Origin: Lama glama
Lineage: Eukaryota
Length of the DNA: 64,000 bases
Assembly (NCBI GenBank): GCA_028534125.1
Contig: CM052817.1
Location: 44,208,001-44,272,000 of the forward strand
Direction: 5' to 3'
Made by a program: the position numbers and the translations under genes. The notes beneath the pieces were generated by a model that did no database searches, was not told the origin of the DNA, and was given only the letters and a program-made list of their open reading frames with translations. Of the stretch, positions 1 to 11,527 are shown piece after piece (within the stretch, counting starts at the first letter, position 1; every line of letters begins with the position of its first letter).

Positions 1-914
1 ATGTTCTTAGAAGCACTGTCACCCTGGAATCAGTCATGAGACCCTCCCCCTCAGCCTACTGAGAGCGAACTGAGGTGTGTTTATGAAAGACCGGATTTTG
101 TAAAGTAATAAGTAGGTCGTGGAAAGCCCATCATCCTTGGTGGAAGATTCTCTGGCTAAGCCACGTTGTCTGATCTGACCCTGGAGACGGCTCTCTGTGA
201 GAGGGTCAAGGGCACCCCAATAAAGCTGAACGTCATCCTGGTTTCCTTATTACAACCAGCTTGGCCAGGATTTGAGAGACGGGGGTTCAGACACATTTCT
301 AAAGCCATTAAGAGGAAACAGTCTGAACAGACCCACACACAGGCCAAATAATGTTATCATGGTAATAAAAAACCCACACAAGGGTCAAGGTCAGGTAAGG
401 CTCACCCACCGTTCTGCCTGCAGACAGAGCTACCTTGCTTGGGGCAGGTGTGGAGGAGAGACAGAGGGCATTCAGGGCCTTGGCCATCATGGAGATGAGT
501 GATCAAGAAAAGCAACAGGTTGTCATGGCTGTCCAGGTTTATAGTTCAGCTGCTGAGGTGGTGAGAGGTTTTTCCTGCCAGACGTACATGGAGCAATTTA
601 GCCTCCTCCCCTCAGTCCAAAGCCACATACGAGTAACAGGACAGGCGTGCTTCCTGCCGCCACTCTGAACAGGCAGACAAGGCAAACCATCGGCTTTCCA
701 GAAACCCAGTCAGCAGCACATAGCTTTTGCTGCCATTCCCTTGTTCTATCATTTCCCACAACCCAACAACATTCAGCACAATGAGTTAATAGTTATATGG
801 TGTCTGGGGAAGGGTGAAAAAAAAAATAAAAACAAAACAAAAGGACACAGATGGCAGAGATACAATATTACTGCAAAAGCAGGTGAATGCGGACCATCCT
901 TGGCTTGCCAGGCT
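1..914 (-). other. SEPTIN11: SEPT11 3' UTR (proximal part, continues past window start)
   Basis: Sequence downstream of the TAA at 915-917; I saw no sense-strand AATAAA or interspersed repeat in it. Confidence 0.85.
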
Positions 915-930
915 TTATGTGAAGCTTGCA
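915..930 (-). CDS. SEPTIN11: SEPT11 exon 10 coding part: (N)ASFT*
   Basis: Long pyrimidine tract then TTGCAG|T GCA AGC TTC ACA TAA; completes the phase-2 AA from exon 9 to give the canonical NASFT end. Confidence 0.93.
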
Positions 931-3900
931 CTGCAAGTTAAAAAACAAAACAAAAAAGTTAGAAATAATAATAAATTAAAAAGAAGGAAAATTAGGAGCG
1001 CCAGCACCAGCATTCGGTGATGGTGACTGCTCATGCAATGATTATGGGATTGACAGAAATTAAAACCAAACACTCGAGTAAGCTATTCTACATGACGAGC
1101 AAAAGCAAAATTTTAATACCGAATTAAAGAACACATGGTTAGTTTCCATCTGCATGTAACTGCAAATTCATGGGTGACTTCTTGAAACCACTATGTATTC
1201 TAGTGGAAGGATTTGTGGTCTGATTTTCATCTTTTCAAGTAACACAAAACCATTATCGGTTAGATTTGGGCACCACGTTGGTACTGAATAGGAGCTGCAT
1301 CTTCTATGTCTGAGCTGCTGGAGTCAGAGAATAAATACACAATAAATGTCTTTGAACAATTAACTTGGGGATTGGAATAGAGTGGATGGAGGGCATGCTA
1401 CTCATCTACTTGGGGTGGCGGGAAAAAGGACGATCATTATGTGGTTACAGCAAGAGCAGTGCCAGGAGACGCCCCCTCTTAGGTATAAAGCAATGCCAAA
1501 TCCAACACCCACACGTCTAAGATTAGGCAAGTCCAAAGCATGCAACTTCATTCCTTAGCAAGAATCAAAATATTTTTTTAAAAAAGAAAAGATGAGTGGA
1601 TGGTTGTGTAAAGTATAGTTATCAGATGCCAGGTACAATGACAGATTTTAAAACTCTCTTTTGGAATGGATGCAACTTGCCTGCTGGCCACTGTGCAGCG
1701 TTTTCAGCAAAGATGAACACTGTCTACTGAACAACTTACCCTCGGGCAGTCCCACCACTGAGGTGTAGCCGCAAACAAGGAAAGTGACTTGGTGGCCAGA
1801 GATGGCAGGAGGTGGGGTCCAGCTAATGGCAGTGCCAGGGTTAGCCCTAGCTTGTCTGTAATCTTACGAAATGTTATATGCTCTCATGCCACTAGAGGTC
1901 AAGGAGAAGTACAAAGCCTTACCTACGTTACAGAGGGAGCATGTCAGTAGAATAGAAAAAACAGAATTTAAAACTATTAGAAAAACTCAGTTCAGCTCTG
2001 AGGTGGATACACAGCAGGTGAAGGAATAAACATCTTTTAAAAAATTTTCTCCCTCAAACAGAGCCAGCTCCTAAGTGGCAGGTGTGGCCACCCCAGCATC
2101 TCCTCCAGTTGCGGGCAGAGGAAAGGGCCTCCCATTTATTTTCAAAATACTGCTCTGGGTACCCTGGTAACTGTCTTTCTGTGGTACTCTCTGACCAAAA
2201 CTCCCCCCTGGTAGGAAGAGGAGAGTTGCAGTTGCTTTCACTGTTCAAATGGGAAAGTCTGAAGGTTAAGAACCTCGGAGAAGTTGCCAAAAAATACTTG
2301 CTGTCATCAGGCCCAAAATCTGGTGATTACTGTGCGCCAAATTAAGTCTAATTCCATTCATTGAAATTGAGAATGTATAAATAAGGCTAAAATACAATTC
2401 ACACGTACTTCACTTAAACTTGAAAAGCACTGTACATTGCTAAGGCCAGAGGTTGGCAAGAAAATAACCAAAAACGTTCAAAAGGACAAGAAAAACCTCC
2501 CTACACGGGGAAGTCTGCTACTAGATACTTTTTTTTGTAGTGGAGGCACAATACTGCTCAGCTCTTGGAATTTTATTGCTTAAAGGCACATCCAGTATAC
2601 ATGAAATATCCTTGGAACATTGCTGGTCTTTGATAAACATTTTTAGTTCTAAAACATGTACCTTTACGCACTTTAGTGCTTCAGGGTAAGAAAAACTTGA
2701 CCTTGGGTTTCCTAAACCAAGTCAGCAGCTTTTTCTGTTTCATTCATGCCTATAGATACACATACAAACACACACACACACACCCCTATTTTTATCTTGG
2801 GTTAGTCTGGATCAACAAGGGTAGGATGCCAAATGGCTTTCATTTTGTCTTCACTGGAAGAGTCACTAATCTCTGAACCTGCACGGGGAACATCACCATG
2901 AGTGACTGACGCTCTCTCAACATGCGTAGCTACAAAGTGCTTTCTTGAACCGGATTATCTAGGCAACTGCTACTCTCAGAATTAATCCAGTATAACTAAA
3001 TTTTCAGCCTCTGGAGTCCTTTGATCACTTGGGTCTAGATCAACCCTATTCAAATCACAGCTCACCTCCACCACCTACTTTCTATTGCTTAGGAAAGCTG
3101 CTGGCTCCCCTGCACCCTTCACCCAGCTTCTACTGTCTCAGGGCTTGGAAAGTCAAAGTTTGTAAAGCAGAATTTCAAACTCCGTGTGTCACTGTGGCAG
3201 TGCATTTTGGCTCAGGGGCGAGCCTGCATGTTCACCGAGACTACGTGAACACCACCATCATGCTCGCTCCCCCATGAGTGGGCTCAACTACTGTGCAGGC
3301 TCAATCCTGTCTGCTATATATGTTTAAGAATGTAATTCTCTGCCTACTCGAGTACCAACAGTTTTACTCAGTTGTCAGTCTTTCCCTTAGAACCTTAGCA
3401 TCTAAGGATGAAGAGCGAGAATCCTAAAACACGCTCTGAGCTGCCTTCTCGCTGCCCTCAGAGGACTGCACGTTAAACACAAGAGGGCGGCCTCTGTGGG
3501 TTCCCCACCTGGCTACCACCAAGGTTTTCCTCAAAGGTGTCTTATTGACTGTTGAGCCTACTGTCAAATCAATAGAATAACTGCCATCAAATTATTGGCC
3601 CTTTCTGGCCTTTAACGTGATTTGATGTAAAGTTTCAAATCACAGGATTTCCAGGAAGGTGCAAGTCTCCCACTGGATTCAGACCGCTGCTGATGAAGTA
3701 TCATAGGGAGTGGCAACTCAAGAGCAGAATCTGACCCTTTCACATTCAATCAAGGCCATATTTTAAAATGGTTTTTTGGGTGGGTGTAAGTGTATCTTGG
3801 GAGTTCATAGAGGTGACTTAATTGGATGGGCATTTTGAGCTCATTTTCACAATAAAATAATTCATAATCTTGAATCTAGAGGAAAACTAGTGGCCATTAG

Positions 3901-4350
3901 CATTTCGTCTGAATTGTTCATTCTGAGAACAAGACTTCCAACGACTGGCTGATCAAGCCTTACGACAGAGACTAGAAAAATAATCCTATCAATCATAATT
4001 TTAGGGTGCTCTTCATCAAGAGCCATGAGGATTGTCTCCAGAGAGTAGTGGAGAGAAATGCGCTGTCTTCTCAAGAGTCCTAGTGTTGGTGCAGAAGATG
4101 CTACTGGAGACGCCAGGTTCCTGCAGTCCTGATTGCTTGGTCGTGTGGTCAAGTTTTACCAATTAACATCTGTGTACCCTTTAGAAATATTTTAAAAACC
4201 TTTATCGTCTTCCCTGCACTGTAGAGAAAATACTTGCTTTGATCTTTCTGGTAACAGACCAGTTTCCAGTCTGTAAATGGGAAAAGTAGAGACATGCAAG
4301 AGGAATCAACTGTTAGAGGGCCCCGCTGCCTGGGGGCGACACCTGCTTAC

Positions 4351-4538
4351 TTTTTCTTATCCTTGTCTTTCTTGGTTTGCTGGGCCCCAGCCTGCTGGGC
4401 CTGGGACTGAAGCAGCTGAGCTGCCGCCTTCTTCTTCTGGAAATTGTTCACCTCCTCCTCCAGCTCCTTCTTCTTGTCTTCCACTTTCTTCTTCTCTTCT
4501 TGGTGTGTCCGTTTTAGGAGGTCGAACTTCTCGTGGAG
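4351..4538 (-). CDS. SEPTIN11: SEPT11 exon 9 (188 nt): [62 protein letters not shown](N)
   Basis: Acceptor TCCCCAG|CTC, donor AAA|GTAAGC; coiled coil including the SEPT6-group amphipathic-helix segment. Confidence 0.97.
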
Positions 4539-4790
4539 CTGGGGAAAAGAGGAGGACACGCTTGGTGGCGGGAACGGGACGCTCACTGGTGTAAGGCTGT
4601 CTGGGTCTCTTCTGAGCCAGAACACGTGCGTGGCACCGCCCGTGCTTTAATTACACGAGTGAGGTGCCGTCCACGCTGAGCCAGGCTGAGATGGCGACCA
4701 GCAGCCCTCGGAGCCCTGCGCTCCTTTGGGACTTGGATGCCTTAGGACTTAGGGGAATTCTGGTGCACTTTTTCTGATAATACATGTTCA

Positions 4791-4948
4791 GGGGAGAGTA
4801 TAGCTCAAGTGATAGAGCACATGCTTAGCATACAGAAGGTCCTGGGTTCAATCCCCACTCCCTCCTCTAAAAGTAAATAAACCTAATTACCCCCTCCCAT
4901 TAAAAAAAAAAAAGAGGAGGAAGAAAGGAGGAGGAGGAGAAGAAGAAA
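4791..4948 (+). mobile_element. tRNA-Ala-derived SINE (camelid Vic-1-like) with A and GAG/GAA tail
   Basis: GGGGAGAGTATAGCTCAAGTGATAGAGCAC...GGTCCTGGGTTCAATCCCC (Pol III A/B boxes), then AAATAAACCTAATTACCCCC and poly(A); approximate TSD acatgttca/acatattca. Confidence 0.85.
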
Positions 4949-5829
4949 CATATTCATCATAAAAAACATAAAGAAGAAAATAAAAATTCTCCTTGCTTCT
5001 AATAAGAAGCTCACCCTAGTGGTAAAAGTTCTTTCCTTCCGGTCCTTTTTTGAAATATATAATCTCCATTTACTGAGAGACTTAACACAGTGACTACAGA
5101 TCTACATGTATGTATACACACACACACATACATGCTATTCAAATAAGAAGAATATGTGAAGTTTCTGGCCCTAGACAAATTGAATTTAGAAATTTATCAC
5201 AATGCAGAAACAAAAACTGGAAGGAAAGAAGGACGGGAGGGAGGGAGGGAAGGAGGGAGGACATTCTCACTAGATAATTCTAGATTTTCACTCAGCATCT
5301 GCTTGGTACTTAAAGCCAACAGCAAATAAGGCTCAACTTTCCTCTCTCTGCAGCAAAACTATGTTGAGTGCTTAGCTATTTAAATAACCTCTGAGTTTCA
5401 GGAGCCGTTATAAAGATAAATCAAAAGGGGATGATGAGGAAATGACTGAGACAATTCTACTTGGAAGTGCACCAAGCAACAGGTCAAGCACTTGAGATGC
5501 TCACCATCCACCATCAAAGGCAAACGCACTTCTCGCCCTCTCAGTGGCGTGAGCGCTACACAGACTTCCGCGTGAGCCTCTAGGAAGCAGTTACCCTGGC
5601 CTGGGAGTCAGCGGGACACCAGAGCAGGGAGTGTGCGCCCCAAAGGGACGCGTGGGCACAAACGTGGCAGCCGGAGCCCAGCCCCGTCAGACAGTGGCCC
5701 AGGGCCCTCGCTGCTTAGTTCACCGAGTTGGCTGATAGGCTGAGACAATAATAATAGTCCTAGAATCCCAGAGCTTGCATTTCAGCACCTGTAAATGGAG
5801 GGAACACAGAGCTACAAGGAGGAGGGGTC

Positions 5830-6025
5830 AGGTCTGGAGATGCAGGGTCAAGTGTCAGTCTCGGCTGCGCTGCTAACTCGGTATGGGACTGCATACATCG
5901 CGTAACCTTTATGACTCTCAGTTTTAGCAGCTGTAAAATGGGGACAAGACTAGCTGACCTACTCCTCTTACAGCTTAGTAGGCCACGCCTGGGACGAAAT
6001 ACATGTAGAAAGCACTTAGAATGGC
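5830..6025 (+). mobile_element. MIR SINE
   Basis: Core-like CTCAGTTTT...CTGTAAAATGGGGA...ATGTAGAAAGCACTTAGAA. Confidence 0.6.
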
Positions 6026-6073
6026 ATGGAGTCCTGGCTGTTTCTCTCCCTGGACGGAGGACAGATGGCTCAC

Positions 6074-6206
6074 CTCTTTCTCCGCCTCTTTCAGTTCAGC
6101 TTCTTTCTCCTTCACTCTCATAACAAACATCTGTCTCATTTCTTCTTCTTTCTTCTGAAGTTCTCCCAGAAATTCATTCCTTTTGGCTTCATATGTCTCC
6201 TGAAGA
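6074..6206 (-). CDS. SEPTIN11: SEPT11 exon 8 (133 nt): (S)[44 protein letters not shown]
   Basis: Acceptor AAATAG|T, donor GAG|GTGAGC; coiled-coil sequence. Confidence 0.97.
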
Positions 6207-8134
6207 CTATTTAAAAGCCACAAACCAAGGACAGTGTCATGAAGTTGCAGAACAAGACATTTTGGTTTATACCATTTCTACCCAATCACTTCCCTGGAAT
6301 AGATGAAAATGCCACTCACCGGGTTTAAGGACACACAAAACGGCACCATCTTCTTTTCAGTTACGTGACAAACGGAAAGACAAGCGCATCAGGAACCAGA
6401 GAGGAGGCAATGAGCACAGCGCAGCACTAATGGGGTGTCTCCTACTGGCCAAGCTGTAGCCCACATATTGTCACACAGGGGAAGTCCAGGCTGGCCAGCG
6501 ACTCCCGGATCAGTACCAGGTAGACACTGAAGATGGGATTCAGAATTTCAGAAGATGGAGGGGGCGCAGGGAGAGGAATGCATCAGCCATGGAACCAGGC
6601 AGATCCCAGCTTGGATTCTGGCCACAGCAACTTACTGATCTGGGGAAGGGTGTGGCCTCTCAGCCTCAGGGTTCTTTGTAGGAGATGTGGATACAATGCC
6701 TTCTGGGGAGATGATTATAGGAGTGAAATGTGGGCAGAGTGAGTAAAGCATGCGACACAGCCTAAGGGCTGAATAAATGTCACCTCCCCCATTCATCTCC
6801 TTCCAGAACTCAATTTAGAACACAGCCTCAGGGATCTATCTGAAGAGACAATAGTGTATCTAAAGATACTACAGAAAATTGCTACTCTCCCAGCTAGAGT
6901 GCCAATGGTAAACAGAGCAGGGAGGAATTTTATTTTTATTTTAAACCTCATCCTCCTCCTGACTGTCTACAGAACCCAGGGCCCAATATTTTAAAGCAAA
7001 TGCCATGACTCAGTTTTATCTCCAAGTCAGAACAAATATATTTGCAAAAAAAAAATCCCCTTCGGTAACACAACTTAGAGAAACAGACACCCAAACCTGC
7101 ACTCGCACAAACAAACATTTGCGGGTAAGTGCCACTTCTCTCTCTCCCTTGCGCTTCCCTAGAACAAGAGTTGTTAACAGTAATACAAGCCTGCAGGATT
7201 AGCCACCTTTCCCTGGGCACCAAGTTCATCCCAGGTGCTCACTCCAAAGCGGACAGCACCTGTGGATGACCCCAGGCTCCATGCAGAGCCAGCCCAGCAT
7301 TCACACTTGTCCATTCAGAAGGAGAAAAAGAACATTCAGCTGTGGGGAAGCATGTGCATGTAGATATACATTTACAAAGAGCTAAACACTTACAAACTGT
7401 ATTAATTAGGATTGTTTAGACTTCTTTCATCAACACTTTTACTGGTGGATGAAAAAATAAGTTCTCCTGCCCTCAGGAATGTCAACATTACCTGTTCATG
7501 GACAAACACGAGTTTAGAGTTTCTGGAGCTGTCTTTAGCTCTTACATTATCTTATGAGACAAAAGCACATTTGGCCGGCGTTACTGTTGGCCAATATTAA
7601 TAGTAATATTTGGACTTGAAATTTAAGCTACGTAGCCACAGAGATATAGAAATGCATTGATAATAAAAATATAGAAAATTGTTCGCTCCTCACTCGGAAA
7701 AGGGTGTTAATAACTACAATTAAAAATTGAGTTGTAAGGGCTAAAAATTGGAAGGTGTCATCACTTTAGGTATCTGAGAGGATGACACAGAACCAGTTCA
7801 TGAGTTTGATTTTGCTCATCAGCTTCTAATAAGCTCTTCATCACTATTATTTGGGACAGAACTGCCAAAGGCAGAGGATGACTTGTCCCTGCTATGAAAC
7901 TTGGGGGAAAAGCCCGTTTTTGTCGATTTTAAGATAATAAATACACCCCCCTCTTCTTTCCAACAAGCAACGGAACACTGATTCTGGAAACACTACCAAG
8001 AAACATGACCCAAAATGTGTTCCAGAGATTGCTTGTTTCAAGAAATCTTCAAAAGAGGGATTCCCAAGTCAAAAAAATAAAAGGGAAAAGCCATGCGTGA
8101 CCCCCTTTTGGTGAGTCATAGTGTGTGGTGGCTC

Positions 8135-8310
8135 CCACGTCCAGCAGCAGGTCAGAACCACCTGGGCACGTTTTATTGGACTTCTCTAAATGCAGTCTCC
8201 TAACTCCACTCCTGGAGATGCTGATTCAGGATGTCAGGCGAAGGCAAAGTAATCTGTATTTTTCAAATGCTTCCAGGTGACTTGATGTAACTAGCCTGCC
8301 AACTACTGTT
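8135..8310. mobile_element. hAT-Charlie MITE (MER5A-like)
   Basis: CAGAACCACCTGGG...AAATGCAG...CTGATTCAG...AATCTGTATTTT...CCAGGTGA. Confidence 0.6.
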
Positions 8311-11310
8311 TGTCTTAAATGCTCAGAGAAGTCCTTCAATTTTATAAAAACAAAAAACAAGCAAACCTGTTTTAGCTGACTCACTTGGAGCCCCCCAAAT
8401 TTGTTCAACCGTGGAAACTTTTGCTAAGTCACCTACAGAGAGAACGTCCTTTGGGGAAAGCTACCTGGGGATTCTAAGAACTCATGGGATAACTCTGCCT
8501 GCTCCAGTCCCAGCCACAACCTAGCTCGGGCTCCAGTTTCTGGAGACACGTTTTTCAAACTATGGGTCACAACCCAGTTGAGAGTCTTAGCCTAAATGTA
8601 AAAAGAAAAAGTTTAGAGAACAGGATAGAAGAAACCCAAATCCAATGCAAACAATAAGAGCAGGTATTGCTTCATGGAATGCATACATTGGATCAGGACA
8701 CACAACGTGTTTCGTAGTGAAGGTTGCGGCCCAAAGTTGGAAAGCACGTGTCCTCGAGAAAGATTAAGGAGCAAGATGGCCTCAGCAAACGCAGCTTATT
8801 AGACGGCACCCAGGCATGTGAATCAGCTCGGGAACTCTGCATTAGAAATAAGCCCCCTATGAGAAAGAAATCATAACACCTCCCTCCAAGGAGTCCACTG
8901 CAGTGCGTTTCTGAGAAGTGACTTGGAGCAGCCACGGCCTTCCCAGGTCCTACTCCCCAGGTGCCGCAGAAATCCTTGCATTGAGAGATACCAGACACCC
9001 TCCCCAATGCTTCCAGCCAGTAAAAACCAGCCCAGAAGGAACTGGTTCTGTATCATCCTGTCAGAGACCTTAAGTGATGATACCTTTTGCAATTTTGAGC
9101 CCTTCTAACTTAATTGTTAATTGTAGTTATTCACATCCTTTTCCAAGTGAGAAGTGAACAATTTTCTCATGAGGTTTTAGGATGGTTTAAAATAGGCTTT
9201 TATCTTCTCATTTCCTCTTAGCCTTCAGTGCAGGCAGGTTTTACTCCTGGAGGTGCATGGAAGGGGGAGCGAATTCACACAGCACAACTCTCTCCCTCTC
9301 ACGTCTCCCGGAACCAGACCATGGAGGACAGGCCAGAGCATCACACGTCGCTGGTGTCCACGGAGGAACTTACACACGCGAAAGCGCTGTCCTTACAACA
9401 ACCCAATCAGGTAGACCTTAAATGATCACCTCCCATTTTACAGATGGAGAAACATGGACACAGAGGCATTTAGTAACCTGTCCAGGTCAAACAATGTAGC
9501 AACAGAGCCAGGATCTGCGCCTGGACCACCTAGCTCAGACAGGGGCTCCGTCTCCTGCACCGCTGGGGAAGCGAGGCCTACAGCCTCCTAGAAACGAGCA
9601 GGTCTCATGGGCCTGAGAACGCTGTGATCTCCTGAGAGGGTGGTGCGGAAGGAGCACATTTTGTGACCTGACAGGTAGAGTCAAGGTGAAGGTGGCACTT
9701 GAGATGAGGAAGGGGTGTGAGGACAGGCAAGGCTGGGAAGAAGGCAGTGGCGTCCCAGGAGACCAGCAGCAGGGACAAGACCAGTCCTCGTCCATGGGCT
9801 ACATGCCCCCTTCTACCCCAAATGCCAGGTCTGGGGGACCGGGGTCCAGGGAGGGCCTGGGTGCTCCGGCTGGGCTGAACCGTGAGCTCCAAGGCTGCAG
9901 GGGTCCTGCCTCAAGACAAGAGACACAACCCTGCACCCAGACAGGAGGAAGGACACCACCGGGAGCGGCTGGGCTCTGGTGCCGAGGACGCATTCCCAAG
10001 GCTTGAATGCGGCCGTCACCGTGCTCGCCCAGCTCCTGGTTTTGTTCACTCAGCGTCACTCATTCAGGGGAGCTGTCACTTACTAAGCCTTGGCTTTGGA
10101 GGCCACTCTCTGCTTCATAAACACAAGTGAGGCCCCAATGGAAAACGGTGAACACTGGGTGCCCAAAGGGGAGGATGGACTTCCCTGTACCCTCACGAGG
10201 GACACCTCTGTTCTGAGAACATAAAAACCCGTAAGTCCCGCATTGAGACTCCTCCAAGCTCACCCTAAGTTCACAGGAAAAGCAAGTCATGTATGAGCAT
10301 CCAGGAGAGGTGACTTCGAAGATGAAATTCTGGGAAATCCCTCAAACCAACTGTGGCTTTCGCTTTTCCTTAATTGAGTGATCCTTCATGCAGGTCCCCT
10401 CCTGCACCCTCCGCCAGGCTCACAGGAAGGGCTGGGGAGGCCGGAAACTCCTCCAAGGGAAAGGATGGGCCCTTTGTGAAGCAGTGGTTTCCAAGGAAAG
10501 GAACACCAAGTTCATTTTACTTTGCTCTCTGCCAAGACCTGGGACTCAAAGCCAATGTTTATGTTCCAAATCACCCTGCCTGCACCAAGAGGGCTGCCCG
10601 TGGTGGAGTGAGCAGATTTCTAAGCGGAGAAACTACCTGCAGGGTTCCAGCAATTGAGATGATGGAAGGTATTTATTTTTAGAAAGTCCACTTTTCTCTA
10701 CTTATTTTTTTATGCAGGGAAAAGTGTAAAGGCCTTGGTTCTGTATTTATGTATATGTTTTATATATATACACACATACAGATACATAAATTCCCTCCTC
10801 TTCATCATCAAAAAGAAACCCCCAGGCCAGCAGAACCAAATGCAAATGAGGGGGGGAGGCTCCTCCCTTTTCAGGGAATGAAGTACCATTCTCCACAAGT
10901 CAGACCTCAGCGGCACCTCCCGCCCGTCCTGAAGGCCCTGGAGACAGGGAGACCAGAGCAGTGGGCTGGACCCCGCTCTGCTAGGCCTTGCAGAACCTGC
11001 TGGATGTACCTAGCAATCCTCCTCCGGGTGAGCAGTGACCATGGCCTCACAGGAGATGTTGCAATTCAAAGGCAGAGACAGAGGCAGCAGAGGAGGCTGC
11101 CCCACTGCAGCAGCAGGAAATCCTCACATCCTGGTTTCCAGGGACCCAAGCAGCCTATTGGTCGAGAGGGTGGAAGGGAATGCAGGGGACAGAGCTGTGC
11201 TGACTGGCTCTTGACATCCTGGAGGTAAATTACCTCTAACGGATTTAAGAAACAGTCCCATGCATTCAAACTTCTGCAGGCAGCATATGGGCTTCAAGTT
11301 ATGACCTAGT

Positions 11311-11527
11311 CCTGGGTTGGCAAATTACAGCCTAAGGGTGAAATCTGGCCCCTCTTTGCCTGTTTTTGAAAATGCAGTTTTATTGGAACACAGCCCTGCC
11401 CATTCACTTAGGTTAAGATCTCCAGCAGGTCTCACATGAGAGTGGACTGAATAGTTGGGACAGAGATCACATGGTCCACAGAGCCTAAAACATCTCCCAT
11501 GTGGCACTAGGTCTGGCTGTGCCCTGA
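11311..11527. mobile_element. hAT-Charlie MITE (MER58A-like)
   Basis: GGGTTGGCAAATTACAGCC...AAATCTGGCC...GTTTTATTGGAACACAGCC...ACAGAGATCACATGGTCCACAGAGCCTAAAA. Confidence 0.75.

Noticed and set aside
1466..1484. CTCF-like motif (minus strand CCTAAGAGGGGGCGTC)
   Set aside because: Partial match only; cannot be supported without a PWM score or ChIP data.
4628..4676. Imperfect GC-rich hairpin upstream of the exon 9 acceptor
   Set aside because: Short and bulged; G-U pairs become mismatches on the transcribed strand; not miRNA-like.
4791..4870. tRNA-Ala(AGC)-like sequences (also at 19093, 34885 and 52905)
   Set aside because: A-rich tails, truncations, a likely TSD and stem mismatches mark them as SINE copies, not tRNA genes.
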